DNA of 64,000 nt, taken from positions 62,001-126,000 of IMG/VR virus record IMGVR_UViG_3300002097_000869; one strand, 5' to 3'. The notes below the pieces were generated by a model. The model saw nothing but the letters and a program-made list of their open reading frames with translations. It ran no database searches and was not told where the DNA came from. Positions 61,663-64,000 of the stretch are shown here, one piece after another. This stretch comes from an uncultured virus (IMG/VR IMGVR_UViG_3300002097_000869) (Duplodnaviria > Heunggongvirae > Uroviricota > Caudoviricetes). Every line of letters starts with the position of its first letter. The stretch's first letter is position 1. Made by a program: the position numbers and the translations under genes.

Positions 61663-64000
61663 CTTCTCATTTTTTCTTTGGCGTGTTTAAACATCCAACC
61701 AGTCAGGTCTTTTGGTTCAGTATTTATGTTCTTTATCATTACAATTGGGTGCAGATTAGACCTAGTGGTAAACCAAAACTTGTGAAATTTTCTAACTATT
61801 ATATTAACAATGGAGGACCTACCTTCTAACTCTGCCTTTTTATAATATTCCTCCAAACTTTCGGGACGAAATCCACAAAGGGCGGCCTTTTTTCTTATTA
61901 TGTCAGTTAATTTTATGCTGGTAGATTTATCAAATCCTAATTCCACCATCTTATCAACTCGGGCTGTACATATCGCTTCTTTACATTCTTTTTCCAGGCT
62001 TCTTCCAGCATGCTTTCTACTAAATACACTATTAGCAACTTTGTCTAGTAGAATTTCCATTGCTATTGTAGTATCAGGGTCATTATAGTCCAATTCACCC
62101 TCTAAGATCCTCATTATATTATAGCACAAGGCAATTATTGTTCCGGTACCTCGTTTTATTCCCGTCAAACCCTCTACTATTTCTGCATTTTCTTTGGCAT
62201 TTAGTAGCCCAAATCTTTGTATGTTGTATTCATCCAATACTAGCTCCCTAAATCCAGGTATTTTCTTTAATCTGGCTTTTTCATACGCAGCCAGCCTCGC
62301 CGGGTGTGGATTATTGAACTCTGTTTCTAGGGCTACTCTGGATTCCTTACTGTGAAAGCTCATTATATATATAACATCCCCATCGAAATCTAGGGTGAGT
62401 GAAGAAAGACTACTCCCACTTACTTTGACTACATACTTAGCAAGGGGCTCATCGGTTATTTTTACTTTCTGGGCTCGTACGGACATGAATCCTAGACAAG
62501 GAAACCTTTCTACTAAAACTATGTCTCCTTCTAATATTCTTAAGTCATTAGCCATTTCTCTGTGAAGCTCTATTTGGTTAGGTTCCAGTATATCACTAAC
62601 ACCGGCTGTGGCTTTAATTGTGTAAGGATACCGAATTGAAAGACAGTAATTACTTATCTTGCCATTTTTAGAACTTAAGGTGCCTGCTATAGTGTGAAAA
62701 TATAAAAACACAGCCCTACCTACTTGTGACACACTGACTTCTTCGTTTTTATACTTATGAATAGCACTTACTATGGCATTTGCTAAGGCGGATATGTCTG
62801 ACAAACCAAACTGCCCGCTTTGATGTTTCCAAGGCTTTCTAAATTTACTGGAAGGAATTAGTATTTTGTCTAATATATAGGTGTCATTTTCATTATCCAT
62901 GTGTTTGTTGGTAAACTCTTCAGAAAATTCTGAAAACATGGCCTTCTTTAATATATATTTATAATCGTCGGGTAACTTTAGATAGAAGCCATTTGGGCAT
63001 AAGGTTTCATCAGAAACTGTCCCACTAAAATCAATAAGGTGGTGAAAGAATCCCCCTGTCTGATTAACTGGGTTTATCTTATCCCACTCTATTGTTGGTA
63101 TATCCTTTTCCTCTCTGTTGATAGATTCTAATACACGGATATATTCAAATACCTGGTCCTCGCCTTGGGAGTGTTTTAATATTTCTTTTATGATAGGATT
63201 TTTCTTTCCAAACGTGGTTAGTAGGGCTCTGAATTCTATGTGACTGAGTTTATTACCCGCTTGTCGTACACCCCTACCGTCTACTACATCAGTATCGTAT
63301 TTTGTCCATAGCTGGTCCTCAGGTGTCTTGGTGTAACCCCAGAATATCCACCCAGCGACCCCCCTAAAGTCTCCCCATTGGGTGGCAGCCGTTACCGTTC
63401 CATCTTCTGAATACCCTATATTAGAGAGTTTATCTTTTATTGATTCCATACTGGTAACGAACTCATCTTCTACTATTGTCTCTTTATCGGAGCCATGTAT
63501 CAAACTACTGAGAGCTTCTAATAGCTGCCCAAAATTCTTTCTTTTTTGTACAGAACTAGCTGAAACTATAACGTCTATGGGTACATCCCCACGAACGGGG
63601 TCATGAATTACCCCCGTATCTTGTAAGGTAATAACACCTTTATTTCCATGCCTATTGGTAATCTTTACACCCTCCTTGAAGGTTCTCTTATAAATTATGG
63701 TTATTCGTCGTATTTTAGTTGGTGCATTATTGAAATTTATTACCGATTCGATAACGGAGGATACTATAGCACTTTCGGCTCTTAAATTGAAACGAATGAA
63801 ACTACCGTCAGGTTCTATTGCTAAGGGATACAAAAAGTTTAGCGAGTCTCCTTCTCGTACCAAAGTCGTACCAAAAGTTGTATAGCTTTTGGTTTCCATG
63901 GTAAAGAGATGTTCAAGCCTATTACTAACTATTATTTGGTCTTCAAAATTTAGGGGCATATCTACAAATAGGGTCATTAAGTTCCACCCTGTTCTATTGA
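61659..64000 (-). CDS. Two-barrel RNA polymerase, beta C-terminal region fused to beta' catalytic region; 5' end lies outside the window
   Basis: beta motifs GWNL..NFEDQIIVS, NRHGNKGV, PIDVIV..R.NFGQLLE, GNKLSHIE..AL; beta' motifs VLVERFPCL and DFDGD; frame stays open to the window edge. Confidence 0.85.
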   Translation of the reverse strand, partial: NRTGWNLMTLFVDMPLNFEDQIIVSNRLEHLFTMETKSYTTFGTTLVREGDSLNFLYPLAIEPDGSFIRFNLRAESAIVSSVIESVINFNNAPTKIRRITIIYKRTFKEGVKITNRHGNKGVITLQDTGVIHDPVRGDVPIDVIVSASSVQKRKNFGQLLEALSSLIHGSDKETIVEDEFVTSMESIKDKLSNIGYSEDGTVTAATQWGDFRGVAGWIFWGYTKTPEDQLWTKYDTDVVDGRGVRQAGNKLSHIEFRALLTTFGKKNPIIKEILKHSQGEDQVFEYIRVLESINREEKDIPTIEWDKINPVNQTGGFFHHLIDFSGTVSDETLCPNGFYLKLPDDYKYILKKAMFSEFSEEFTNKHMDNENDTYILDKILIPSSKFRKPWKHQSGQFGLSDISALANAIVSAIHKYKNEEVSVSQVGRAVFLYFHTIAGTLSSKNGKISNYCLSIRYPYTIKATAGVSDILEPNQIELHREMANDLRILEGDIVLVERFPCLGFMSVRAQKVKITDEPLAKYVVKVSGSSLSSLTLDFDGDVIYIMSFHSKESRVALETEFNNPHPARLAAYEKARLKKIPGFRELVLDEYNIQRFGLLNAKENAEIVEGLTGIKRGTGTIIALCYNIMRILEGELDYNDPDTTIAMEILLDKVANSVFSRKHAGRSLEKECKEAICTARVDKMVELGFDKSTSIKLTDIIRKKAALCGFRPESLEEYYKKAELEGRSSIVNIIVRKFHKFWFTTRSNLHPIVMIKNINTEPKDLTGWMFKHAKEKMRS

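Noticed and set aside
1..64000. Stop-codon reassignment or a bacterial chromosomal origin
   Set aside because: Genes are full-length and tightly packed under the standard code with all three stops in use. The gene mix and lack of housekeeping operons fit a large phage, although no capsid gene is in view to prove it

Overview
AT-rich, gene-dense 64-kb segment that most likely comes from a large (jumbo-type) double-stranded DNA bacteriophage. It carries replication, recombination and nucleotide genes (PolA without a 5' exonuclease, class II RNR, RNase HII, IMPDH/GMPR-like, ThyX, dUTPase, DnaQ, Rad52/Sak, RuvB, SF2 helicase, SSB). It also has a Clp ATPase and ClpP, PIN-PhoH, a sigma-like factor, many homing-type endonucleases and a partial single-chain beta/beta' RNA polymerase. 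I saw no virion structural genes, tRNA, rRNA or CRISPR array. Genes run on + up to about 40.2 kb and on - after that. Main points: (1) Two intact IscB/omegaRNA elements and a 257-bp internally deleted derivative are each inserted exactly in front of the ATG of the next gene and supply an RBS-like end. (2) A minus-strand peptide-ligase cluster holds two phiEco32-like COOH.NH2 ligases, an amidoligase with a 12-Cys insert, an active and a degenerate glutamine amidotransferase, two ATP-grasps and a GNAT. It lies next to three pentapeptide-repeat proteins that share a C-terminal motif. (3) One ORF fuses RNA polymerase beta and beta' catalytic regions. (4) Paralogous endonucleases have variable numbers of tandem repeats. 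(5) There is a sugar-modification operon. (6) Several non-coding structured elements are unexplained. All calls come from reading motifs by eye; no database searches were run.
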